DNA of 64,000 nucleotides from an uncultured delta proteobacterium (GTDB lineage: Bacteria; Desulfobacterota; Desulfuromonadia; Geobacterales; Pseudopelobacteraceae): NCBI GenBank assembly GCA_963772835.1, contig CAVYYZ010000011.1, positions 96,001 through 160,000 of the forward strand, given 5' to 3'. The notes under the pieces are model-generated. The model did no database searches and was not told the origin of the DNA. It saw only the letters and a list, made by a program, of their open reading frames with translations. A program made the translations under genes and the position numbers. This document shows positions 20,857 through 29,016 of this stretch, piece by piece. The number at the start of each line of letters is the position of its first letter. Position 1 is the stretch's first letter.

Positions 20857-21288
20857 TTAACGCAAAGGTGCAAGGACGCGAAGCCGCAAAGAAAGTCGAA
20901 AGGTTTTTAGCTGTTTCAACCAAAAAGATTCAGGTTGTTGATTCTGTTTTCCCCTGCGTCTTTGCGCCCTGGCGTCCTTGCGTTAATGAAGTAAACGTCA
21001 AAAGATTTAACGCAAAGGTGCAATGATTCGAAGCCGCATAGAAAGTCGAAGGGCTTTTAGAGGTTTCAACCAAAAAGATTCAGGTTGTTGATTCTGTTTT
21101 CCCCTGCGTCTTTGCGCCCTGGCGTCCTTGCGTTAATGAAGTAAACGTCAAAAGATTTAACGCAAAGGTGCAATGATTCGAAGCCGCCAAGAAAGTCGAA
21201 AGGTTTTTAGAGGTTTAAACAAAAAAGTTTCAGGTGGTTGGTTCTGCTTCTCCCCTTGCGCCTTCGCGCCTTGGCGTCCTTGCGTTAA
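20857..21288 (+). repeat. tandem array of three octamer-repeat palindromes (150-bp period), array B
   Basis: Units start TTAACGCAAAGGTGCAA at 20857, 21007 and 21157 and end CCTTGCGTTAA at 20986, 21136 and 21288; identical 20-nt linker TGAAGTAAACGTCAAAAGAT. Confidence 0.95.
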
Positions 21289-21326
21289 TGAATGTATGTA
21301 TGGAAGGTTGAAGAATGAGATTCAAG

Positions 21327-21343
21327 CTGACAAAAATTGTCAG
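21327..21343. promoter_or_regulatory. candidate PilR enhancer (UAS)
   Basis: Inverted repeat CTGACA-AAAAT-TGTCAG about 100 bp upstream of a sigma54 promoter. Confidence 0.5.
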
Positions 21344-21438
21344 TACTCACTGCCGGAATTGGGTTCTAATGAGAACTGGACCTCGGGAGATGGTTTTTTT
21401 ATTATATAATTACGGTGCGTTACAGAAATAGTTGGTTT

Positions 21439-21454
21439 TGGCCTTGATATTGCT
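21439..21454 (+). promoter_or_regulatory. sigma54 (-24/-12) promoter of pilA
   Basis: TGGCCTTGATATTGCT with GG-N10-GC spacing, between pilR and pilA. Confidence 0.75.
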
Positions 21455-21519
21455 AATTAGTATGGTAACTTCTCAACCAAGCTCTGTCTCAGAGCACAAC
21501 CCACGAAAGGAGAAACATT

Positions 21520-21756
21520 ATGTTTAACAAGCTTCGTAGCACAAAAGGTTTCACCCTGATCGAGCTGCTGATCGTTGTTGCGATCATCGGTATCCTGGCC
21601 GCCGTTGCCATCCCGCAGTTTTCATCGTACCGCGCCAAGGCGTACAACTCGGCCGGTAATGCTGACATCAAAAACATGAAAACCGGCATGGAAGCTTTCA
21701 TGGCTGACAATCAAGAGTACCCTGTAGACTGTTGTTATACCAATAACTTAATTTAG
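21520..21756 (+). CDS. pilA: short type IVa pilin PilA-N (Geobacter type); 3' end uncertain
   Basis: Prepilin site KG/FTLIELLIVVAIIGILAAVAIPQF; aromatics at mature F1, F24, Y27, Y32, F50, Y57; sequence after EYP may be frameshifted. Confidence 0.92.
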   Translation: MFNKLRSTKGFTLIELLIVVAIIGILAAVAIPQFSSYRAKAYNSAGNADIKNMKTGMEAFMADNQEYPVDCCYTNNLI

Positions 21757-21769
21757 AAAGGAGAACACA

Positions 21770-22166
21770 ATGTGTTAGAAAAATATCGATTCTTACTGCG
21801 ATTGCGTTGCTTATGGCATCATCAGCTTTTGCTCGGTAGTCAGTCATCACTATGGCTTCAACTATGGCAGCATGCTGACAACAGGTAAGTCGCTGTATGG
21901 CGCAAAAAGCGGTACTGCAGACACTACCTCACCACTTATCGGCAAAACATCTACTGGTGTCGCAGTATGGTGTTTTCTGCGTACCTCGGGTACGGGATAT
22001 GCTATTGTAACCCAGCATATGAACGGTACAAAGGCATTTGGCACTTCGTATGACAGCTACTAACTATTTTTTCAAAAGATGTAACAGCAACAAAAGGTAC
22101 TGCGTTTTTAACAGTATCCGACAACAACCGACTCGTCTGATTTCTAACGGCTGGTCATCAATGTAG
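21770..22166 (+). pseudogene. PilA-C (pilin C-terminal partner protein), frameshifted in this sequence
   Basis: AAGGAG RBS; fragments in shifting frames: signal-like KISILTAIALLMASSAFA, LIGKTSTGV, YAIVTQHMNGTKAFGTSYDS, GWSSM*; directly after pilA-N. Confidence 0.7.
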
Positions 22167-22188
22167 ATTTTTCTGCTCTTGGTACATC

Positions 22189-22219
22189 AAGCGGGATGTT
22201 TCGGCATCCCGCTTTTTTT
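22189..22219 (+). terminator. rho-independent terminator of pilA-N/pilA-C
   Basis: AAGCGGGATG-TTTCGG-CATCCCGCTT followed by a T run. Confidence 0.85.
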
Positions 22220-22233
22220 ATGGACTCATTTAT

Positions 22234-23979
22234 ATGCCCACATATCAAAAATCACGAACATTACTGTTATGCCTTGTGTTTGTAGTGCTTGGGATTTACT
22301 ATCCGACCCTGTTCTCTCCGCTCAATTCTGTCGATGACGTCGGAGATGTATCAAAATCTGTTAAATACCGACAGTTTTAGCCTAAAGGGAATATTCTTTC
22401 CCGGTGGATCCAATAGTTATTATCGTCCCATCTTGATTTTGTCATTTATGATGGATAAATTTATCTGGGGGCTTGAAGAAAGCTTCATGCACCTTGAAAA
22501 CATTTTCTTCCATCTTGCCAATACGTTGCTGGTTTATGCTGTTGCCCGTCGGGCCGCTGATTATCTTACCAATACCATCCCCAGTTGCACCGTTCGCGCG
22601 GCACTTTTTTTTGCCATCCACCCACTTAATACCGAAGTCGTCAACTGGATCTCAGGCCGGACCGATCTTCTGGCCGGTTTTTTTCTGTTTTTGGCAATGT
22701 ACTTCAATGTTAAAGCGGCCGTTAGGATGGTTGCAGTCGTTCATGGCGGCACTCAGTATGTTGTTGGCCTGTCTTGCTAAGGAAACAGCAATTTTTTTCC
22801 TTCCGGCTGCATTGTTATTTCCTTTTTTTATGTCTGCAACCAGAGACGGCTACAATTCCACTTCGTTCCGCTTCCGCAGTTACTGGTTCCATTTTGTTAT
22901 TTTCTGCTCTAGCCGGAGCCTGCCTATTTTGCATTTCGCTCATTGGCCTTCTCCAAAGGTGATCAAGGTGATTGCCCGGGTTATGACTCACGTTGGCGGC
23001 TCAGATAGCGTCAGTCTGCTGATAACCGCGAGACTGTGTATTGAAGGCTATCGGTTTTTATGCAAAAAAACTGCTGATACCATTTCCTCTCAATTTCGGT
23101 ATAATTCATGTTTCCGATGCTTATCTGCCCCTTGGAATGCTCGTGCTGGCAGGTATTGTCTGGCTCATGACCCGAAGGACTCTTCCTGCTTTTTTTGTGA
23201 TCTGTGCTGGAGCCGTCGGTACCTCTGCGCTGATTATTCCGTTTACTCAGATTGACCTGGACCCCGTTGGCTGAGCGCTATATGTATATTTCTTCCGCGT
23301 TCTTTCTGGTTGGCATTACATTGGCGGTGCAGCGATGGGACCACTGTTTTAAGTATCGTGTGCCACTGACTCTTGCCATGTCGTTCCTTGCTGCTATTGC
23401 ATTTTACGGTACTGCCACTCGTAATATTGTCTGGCAGGACAATGTGGCTCTGTTTCAGGATACGCTTCGGAAATCTCCTGATTTTGTTGCCTGCTCGAAA
23501 TGAAATCGCAAATGCATTATATGAAAGAGGAAGAGAGAAAGAAGCTACTTGCAATCTACAAATCATTCAGCTCATCGAGTGGTCTTGTCAATGCCCAGTT
23601 CGGGTTGAAAAACAAGGCATTGCCTTGACGTACGAAGGTGATTTTACTGAAGCCCGTGAAATATTGAGAAGTTGCTGGCAAAGCCCGGCAAATATGAAGT
23701 CTGCTATCTTGCAGCAGGTACTCGAACTCAATAAGATGCAGGTTGCAGCAAAAAAGCATTACAATCAGAGATGTGTACGCTGAATCAGCTTCTACATTAA
23801 CCCGTCTCATCGAGCTTACAGGCGACCCTTTCTTTTCCTACCGCCTTGGGATAGTTCATATGCAGGAAGGAAATAAAGAAAAAGCAGTTGCGGCATTTAC
23901 TACTGTTGTAAGAACCGCCCCTCCCACCGCATATTACCGCAAGCCGGCTGAAAAACTGGCGAAAGATCTTGCAAGGTGA
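22234..23979 (+). pseudogene. XapA-like multi-TM GT-C/TMTC-type membrane protein with C-terminal TPRs, multiply frameshifted in this sequence
   Basis: Fragments 'SVDD', 'YYRPILILSF', 'FAIHPLNTEVVNWISGRTDLLA', 'LAKETA', 'LAERYMY', 'RNIVWQDNVALF' spread over at least six track ORFs. Confidence 0.75.
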
Positions 23980-24018
23980 TAATTGTAGGCCCATGTCTTT
24001 CTGAAATAAGGATTGCTT

Positions 24019-24810
24019 ATGACGACAATTATTAATATTACCCTTAAAGGCATCTTCCGTGACCGCGTTTTTCAGGGAATTATGGTAACTGCGTGTATTT
24101 TCCTGTTGATCCCGGTCATCGCTTCGCTTTCCATGCGTCAGGTAACAGAACTTTCCCTGACATTATCACTTTCCCTTGTTTCATTCATTCTGCTGTTGCT
24201 GGCGGTGTTTCTGGGCGGAACGTCGCTCTGGAAAGATATTGAACGCCGCTACACGTTCAGCGTACTGGGGCTGCCGCTATCGCGACAGAGTTATCTGCTT
24301 GGTCGTTTTGGCGGCACTGCTCTGTTTGTGATGCTGACTTCAGTCGTTCTGGGTACTGCAGCTTTTGCCGTGGTACTGTATACCTCATCAATGTATCCTC
24401 CTGATAAGCCGGTTGTCTGGTCAACCATGGCACTCTGCATTCTGTTTGATGCCCTGAAATACATTCTGCTCATCGCGGTGGCCTTCCTGTTTTCTACTGT
24501 CAGTACTTCATTCTTCCTGCCGGTTTTCGGCACGATTGCCACGTTTCTCGCCGGTGGTGTTACGCAGCAGGTGTACGAGTATATTCACTCCCCCGCATCA
24601 GTAAATCTGCCGACATCTGTTAAGTTGATTGCCAACGGACTGTACTATCTGCTGCCCAATTTCAGTGCCTTTGATTTGAAGGTAAACGCAATATACGGTC
24701 TCCCGGTTCCTGCCTATGGACTGCTCTTGACGGCGGCCTATTTCCTTGTCTACGTGGGAATACTGTTGTCACTCTCGTCCGCCGTTTTCCTGCGGCGCGA
24801 AATGAAATAG
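24019..24810 (+). CDS. ABC-2 type permease (XapB-like)
   Basis: Six TMs, 'KDIERRYTFSVLGLPLSRQSYLLGRF'; synteny with Geobacter xap clusters. Confidence 0.82.
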   Translation: MTTIINITLKGIFRDRVFQGIMVTACIFLLIPVIASLSMRQVTELSLTLSLSLVSFILLLLAVFLGGTSLWKDIERRYTFSVLGLPLSRQSYLLGRFGGTALFVMLTSVVLGTAAFAVVLYTSSMYPPDKPVVWSTMALCILFDALKYILLIAVAFLFSTVSTSFFLPVFGTIATFLAGGVTQQVYEYIHSPASVNLPTSVKLIANGLYYLLPNFSAFDLKVNAIYGLPVPAYGLLLTAAYFLVYVGILLSLSSAVFLRREMK

Positions 24811-24813
24811 CCG

Positions 24814-25665
24814 ATGATTAAACCGGTCTCCGCAGCCCTGATCTGTCTGCTTTTGTACGGAATGCTGATCATTCCGTTTACAGCTTACCTGCACGACAAA
24901 CCGTTCGTGGAAAAGCTCGGCTATGTCCCCTCGGTGACGGCGCTCAAGACGTTTGCCGCCGACCATAAAGAACTGGTAGCGGCATCACTGGTGCTGAAGG
25001 TCCTGATGTACTTCGGCGGGCTTTTGGATAAAGCTGATAACCAGGTGGCGGTTCCACCGGACTACATGACCATGTCCCGTCTGCTGCATGGCGCGGTCAA
25101 GCTTGATCCCTACAATATGGACGCCTACTATTTTGCCCAGGGGTTTCTTGCCTGGGACGTCAAACAATTTAAGCTGGCCAATGATCTTCTTGATTACGGT
25201 ATGAAGTACCGCACCTGGGATTGGTATCTTCCCTTTTTTGCCGGGTTTAACAGCGCATTTTTTCTGAAAGACTATACAGCGGCCGCCAGATATTATCAGC
25301 GCGCCGGAGAACTTTCCGGTTCCGATATGTCCAAACTTCTTGCCGGTCGCTATATGCAGCAATCGGGTCAGACGGAGCTGGCAATCGCATATCTTGCCAC
25401 GATGGCAAAAGAGGAAAGAAATCCTGCCGTGAAAAAAACATATCTGCTGCGGTTGACCGCTTTCCGTGAAACCCGTCGCATTGAGGTGGCACGCGATCGT
25501 TATCGGGAAACGCGGGGGGCACTGCCGGTTACCGTAGAGCAGTTGGTTTCGGGAGGTCTCCTCACACCATCACCCCGGGATCCTTACGGCGGAACGTTTT
25601 TTCTGGAAGCGGATGGTAGGGTTGCAACCACCAGTAAATACGCTTTTGCCGGGGTGAAGAAGTGA
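24814..25665 (+). CDS. XapC-like TPR-like protein
   Basis: N-terminal TM, 'LDPYNMDAYY', 'WYLPFFAGFN', pilin-like C-terminal 'PRDPYGG'; synteny. Confidence 0.75.
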   Translation: MIKPVSAALICLLLYGMLIIPFTAYLHDKPFVEKLGYVPSVTALKTFAADHKELVAASLVLKVLMYFGGLLDKADNQVAVPPDYMTMSRLLHGAVKLDPYNMDAYYFAQGFLAWDVKQFKLANDLLDYGMKYRTWDWYLPFFAGFNSAFFLKDYTAAARYYQRAGELSGSDMSKLLAGRYMQQSGQTELAIAYLATMAKEERNPAVKKTYLLRLTAFRETRRIEVARDRYRETRGALPVTVEQLVSGGLLTPSPRDPYGGTFFLEADGRVATTSKYAFAGVKK

Positions 25666-25702
25666 TCCTGAAAAGAGGTTCTGATGGGTCTTACATTACT
25701 GT

Positions 25703-25972
25703 TTAACGCAAGGACGCCAAGGCGCAAAGGCGCAAGGGAGAAGCAAAAACAACTACCGGAATCTTTTTGGTTGAAACCTCTAAAAGCCTTTCGCCTTTCC
25801 TGGAGGCTTTGTGTCCTTGCACCTTTGCGTTGATTTTTTTGACGATATACATTCATTAACGCAAGGGCGCCAAGGCGCGAAGACGCAAAATCACCCCCGG
25901 TCTTTTTGGTTGAATCAGCTAAAAGCCTTTCGACTTTCTTTGCGACTTCGCGTCCTTGCACCTTTGCGTTGA
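25703..25972 (-). repeat. two tandem octamer-repeat palindromes, array C, inverted relative to array B
   Basis: Units 25703-25833 and 25856-25972; reverse complement AACGCAAAGGTGCAAGGACGCGAAGTCGCAAAGAAAGTCGAAAGGCTTTTAGCTGATTCAACCAAAAAGA nearly matches the start of array B unit 1, including loop and linker. Confidence 0.93.
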
Positions 25973-26072
25973 ATCTTTTGACGGTATATTTTTAATTGCG
26001 GAAGAACGTATGATTTTAAGCCGTGCTTGCAATTGTATGAAAAACGCAGTAACGTTGCGTTGGAGGTGTAAT

Positions 26073-26321
26073 ATGCCGTCACTACAAGTAAGGGAATTAC
26101 CGGAAAATATCTATGTGCAGCTCTGTCGTGAGGCTGAGGTACAGCATCGTTCAATTGCCCAGCAGGCGGTGGCGTCACTTGCCCGCGGGCTTCAAATTGA
26201 GCTTGACCCCAGGTCGCGCCGGATCGCGCTACTGGCGCAGATTAACGCTGATCCCATTACACTGAAAGCAGCATTACCGGTAAATCCGGCGAACCTCATC
26301 AGGGAGGATCGTGACCGATGA
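26073..26321 (+). CDS. FitA-like ribbon-helix-helix antitoxin
   Basis: GGAGG RBS; MPSLQVRELPENIYVQL...HRSIAQQ; ends 'LIREDRDR' overlapping the PIN gene (ATGA). Confidence 0.8.
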   Translation: MPSLQVRELPENIYVQLCREAEVQHRSIAQQAVASLARGLQIELDPRSRRIALLAQINADPITLKAALPVNPANLIREDRDR

Positions 26322-26716
26322 TTACGGTGCTTGATGCCAGCGCTGCAGTTGCAATTGCGATGAACCTTCCTGAATCGGTGAAATTTCAACCGAATATTGA
26401 TGCTTCTGATATCGTAATTGCTCCGGATCTCTTTGTGGCGGAGGTTTCAAACACGATATGGAAGTACGTGAAGGCAGGGGTTATGGATTCGGAGCAGGGT
26501 GATTGTGTACTTGAACGTGCCATGGGACTGGTGGATTCTTTTGAACCGGGACTGGCCTTGTACCGGGAAGCGTATGCGTTGTCAGTTGACCAACTGCATC
26601 CGGTGTATGATGCACTGTATCTTGTGTTAGCCCGCCGGCACAATGGTATCCTGGCAACACTGGATCGACGGATGGCAGACCTGGCTTCGAAACTGCACAT
26701 CAGAATGCTACCATAA
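26318..26716 (+). CDS. vapC: PIN-domain toxin (VapC family)
   Basis: VLDASA, EVSNTIWK, YDALYLVLA and ATLDRRM PIN motifs. Confidence 0.9.
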   Translation: MITVLDASAAVAIAMNLPESVKFQPNIDASDIVIAPDLFVAEVSNTIWKYVKAGVMDSEQGDCVLERAMGLVDSFEPGLALYREAYALSVDQLHPVYDALYLVLARRHNGILATLDRRMADLASKLHIRMLP

Positions 26717-26736
26717 TATGACGGGAGTTGTGACGT

Positions 26737-27657
26737 ATGAACGCCATTGAGATAACGGGATTGTGCAAACAGTTTACCGGTAAACGGATGACCAGAGTTG
26801 ACGCTCTTAAGGGGCTTGACCTTACCATAGCAGCGGGTGAAGTATTCGGTTTTCTGGGACCGAATGGTGCCGGTAAAAGTACCACCATCAAGCTGGTGAT
26901 GGGCTTGTTACGGCCGACCTCCGGCAGAGCCGGCATTATGGGCATGGATGCCGGCCAGGCTGAATCGCGGCGTCATGTCGGCTATCTTCCGGAAAACCCG
27001 GCGTTCTACGATTATCTGAGCGCGGAAGAGTATATAACCTTTGTCGGATCGCAGTTCAAAATGGAGCCGGAATTATTACGGCAGCGTTCGGACGAGGTTC
27101 TGCAGCGTCTCGATCTGTGGGAGGCCCGAAAGCGGCCGATGCGTGGCTACAGCAAAGGAATGGTGCAGCGGGTCGGGTTGGCGCAGGCGCTGGTTCATGA
27201 CCCGGATGTGTATATCCTGGATGAGCCGATGAGCGGCCTCGATCCGATCGGCCGGGCGCTGGTGAAGGATATCATTCTGGACCTGAAAAAACGTGGCAAG
27301 TGTGTCTTCTTCAGTACGCACATTACCGATGATGTTGAAAAAGTCTGTGATCGGGTCGGAGTGATTGTTAAGGGAAGTCTGGTGGCGCTTGACCGGGTTG
27401 AAAATATCCTTCGCAGCGGTGTGGAAGGGTATGTTATTCATCTGCAGCTCCCGGAAGAGACCTCACACTCGTTTGCGGGAATTGAAGCGCTCCGTCGCAC
27501 GGATTCAGTCTCTGAATTTTATGTGCCGTGTGGGGTGTTCAACGCCTTTATGGGCGAAGTTAACTCATCCGGTACCAACGTTATTCTGGTGGAAACAAAA
27601 CGGCGGGATCTGGAGGATTTCTTTCTGTCGCTGGTTAAGAATGATTCGGCTGCCTGA
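26737..27657 (+). CDS. ABC transporter ATP-binding protein (XapD-like)
   Basis: GPNGAGKST, YSKGMVQR and LDEPMSGLDP. Confidence 0.9.
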   Translation: MNAIEITGLCKQFTGKRMTRVDALKGLDLTIAAGEVFGFLGPNGAGKSTTIKLVMGLLRPTSGRAGIMGMDAGQAESRRHVGYLPENPAFYDYLSAEEYITFVGSQFKMEPELLRQRSDEVLQRLDLWEARKRPMRGYSKGMVQRVGLAQALVHDPDVYILDEPMSGLDPIGRALVKDIILDLKKRGKCVFFSTHITDDVEKVCDRVGVIVKGSLVALDRVENILRSGVEGYVIHLQLPEETSHSFAGIEALRRTDSVSEFYVPCGVFNAFMGEVNSSGTNVILVETKRRDLEDFFLSLVKNDSAA

Positions 27658-27740
27658 TCACTGATACTCGCGCCTATTTTTGAAAAATAAAAACGAAGGT
27701 TTTTGAATATGATACAATCCCCGAAAGGGAGGATTATGAT

Positions 27741-28028
27741 ATGACACGTGAACAGATTCTTGATTTTTTGAGACAGCATAAGCAGGAAATGCATGATCGA
27801 TTTGGTGTTACCAGGATCGGACTGTTCGGGAGCTATGCCCGCGGTGATGCTCGTGTGGATTCGGATATTGATGTTGCAATTGAACTTTCCCACAATACAG
27901 CAGACAGTTACTTTGGTGTGCTCCATTTTCTTGAAGATTCTTTTCAGGTGAAAATTGACCTGGGCATTGAGTCGAATTTCAAACCGGTCTTAAAACCTTA
28001 CATTATGAAAGAAATTGTGTATGTGTGA
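27741..28028 (+). CDS. minimal nucleotidyltransferase (MNT/MntA antitoxin)
   Basis: 'IGLFGSYARGDARVDSDIDVAIE' GSx10DxD motif, 95 aa. Confidence 0.9.
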   Translation: MTREQILDFLRQHKQEMHDRFGVTRIGLFGSYARGDARVDSDIDVAIELSHNTADSYFGVLHFLEDSFQVKIDLGIESNFKPVLKPYIMKEIVYV

Positions 28029-28146
28029 ACGATCAGACCTTCAATTTTTTCAGGATATTCTGGAATCAATAAATGCGGCCATGGAATTTGTGGCTGATTA
28101 CGATAATGTCCGCCATAAAAATGATCTTGATACTCACTGCTTATAA
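28021..28146 (+). pseudogene. truncated HEPN/DUF86 (HepT) toxin
   Basis: MCERSDLQFFQDILESINAAMEFV resembles the DUF86 N-terminus and overlaps the MNT stop; ends after 41 aa with no RNxxxH motif. Confidence 0.7.
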
Positions 28147-28167
28147 TCGTTTACAGGAGCCTGAGCA

Positions 28168-29016
28168 ATGATATCAGCGTTCCTGCGGCTCTGCAGAGTA
28201 CGGCAGTGGCTGAAAAACCTGATGCTGTTCTTTCCGCCGTTTCTGGGAGGCTCACTCCTTTCCAACAGTAATATTCTTCAGCTACTGCTCCCTTTCAGTG
28301 CATTTTGCCTTGTCTCAAGCGCTACGTATATTCTTAACGATATCCTTGATAAAAAAAACGACAGTCATCACCCTGACAAGTGTGCCAGGCCGATAGCTTC
28401 CGGGAAAATATCGGTCGCTTCGGCGTTACTGTTTGCAGCTGTTCTGCTAACTTGCAGTCTGGTACTCGCCTGGAATATCTCCGGTACATTTATTGTGCTC
28501 ATGATGGTGTATGTTGCCGTTTCAATAGCCTACAGTGCAAAGCTGAAAGACATTGTGCTGGTGGATATTTTCTGTATTTCCGCAGGATTTCTTCTCCGGC
28601 TTCAGGCTGGTGGTGCTGCTTTTAACGTGGCAATTTCAGAATGGCTGTTTTTAAGCGTGTTCCTGCTGTCGGTCTTCCTGAGTACGGGAAAAAGGTTGGC
28701 GGAAAAACAGCATCTGGGAAAAGAGGCTCACCACCATCGCAAGGCACTGCGTGCCTATCCGGAGGGATTTCTTGAAGGTATTTTGTACATGACCGGTGGC
28801 TCGGTACTGGTTACCTACACCATGTACGTAATCTCGCGTCACTCGTCTTTGTTACTCTACACGGTTCCGTTGTGCTGTTTCGGGCTGTTGCGATATATCC
28901 TCCGGGTTCAGTCAGGCAAGGGGGGGGATCCGACTGAGTCGCTGGTCAAGGATGCGTCGCTGCTGATCGTGGGAGTGGTGTGGGTGTGCATGGTAGCGTG
29001 GGGGATATATCTTTGA
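28168..29016 (+). CDS. UbiA-family polyprenyl-phosphate phosphoribosyltransferase (XapE-like)
   Basis: 'RVRQWLKN', 'YILNDILD...DSHHPDKCARPIASG', 'GKRLAE', 'GDPTESLVKD'. Confidence 0.88.
   Translation: MISAFLRLCRVRQWLKNLMLFFPPFLGGSLLSNSNILQLLLPFSAFCLVSSATYILNDILDKKNDSHHPDKCARPIASGKISVASALLFAAVLLTCSLVLAWNISGTFIVLMMVYVAVSIAYSAKLKDIVLVDIFCISAGFLLRLQAGGAAFNVAISEWLFLSVFLLSVFLSTGKRLAEKQHLGKEAHHHRKALRAYPEGFLEGILYMTGGSVLVTYTMYVISRHSSLLLYTVPLCCFGLLRYILRVQSGKGGDPTESLVKDASLLIVGVVWVCMVAWGIYL

Noticed and set aside
20857..21288. Tandem array as CRISPR
   Set aside because: Units are ~130 bp with an identical linker and no unique spacers; no cas genes in the window.
21720..23979. Programmed frameshifting or homopolymer phase variation in pilA-C/xapA
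   Set aside because: Too many lesions, mostly outside homopolymers or slippery sites; sequencing error or decay is simpler.
25584..26178. ORFs over repeat arrays (15815-16156, 21173-21409, 25584-25961, 25915-26178)
   Set aside because: Translations of the octamer repeats (LRLCV/LAPLRLG-type patterns), not credible genes.
27640..28140. Target duplication around the MNT/HEPN cassette (TGATACTC on both sides)
   Set aside because: An 8-bp match is too short to separate from chance.
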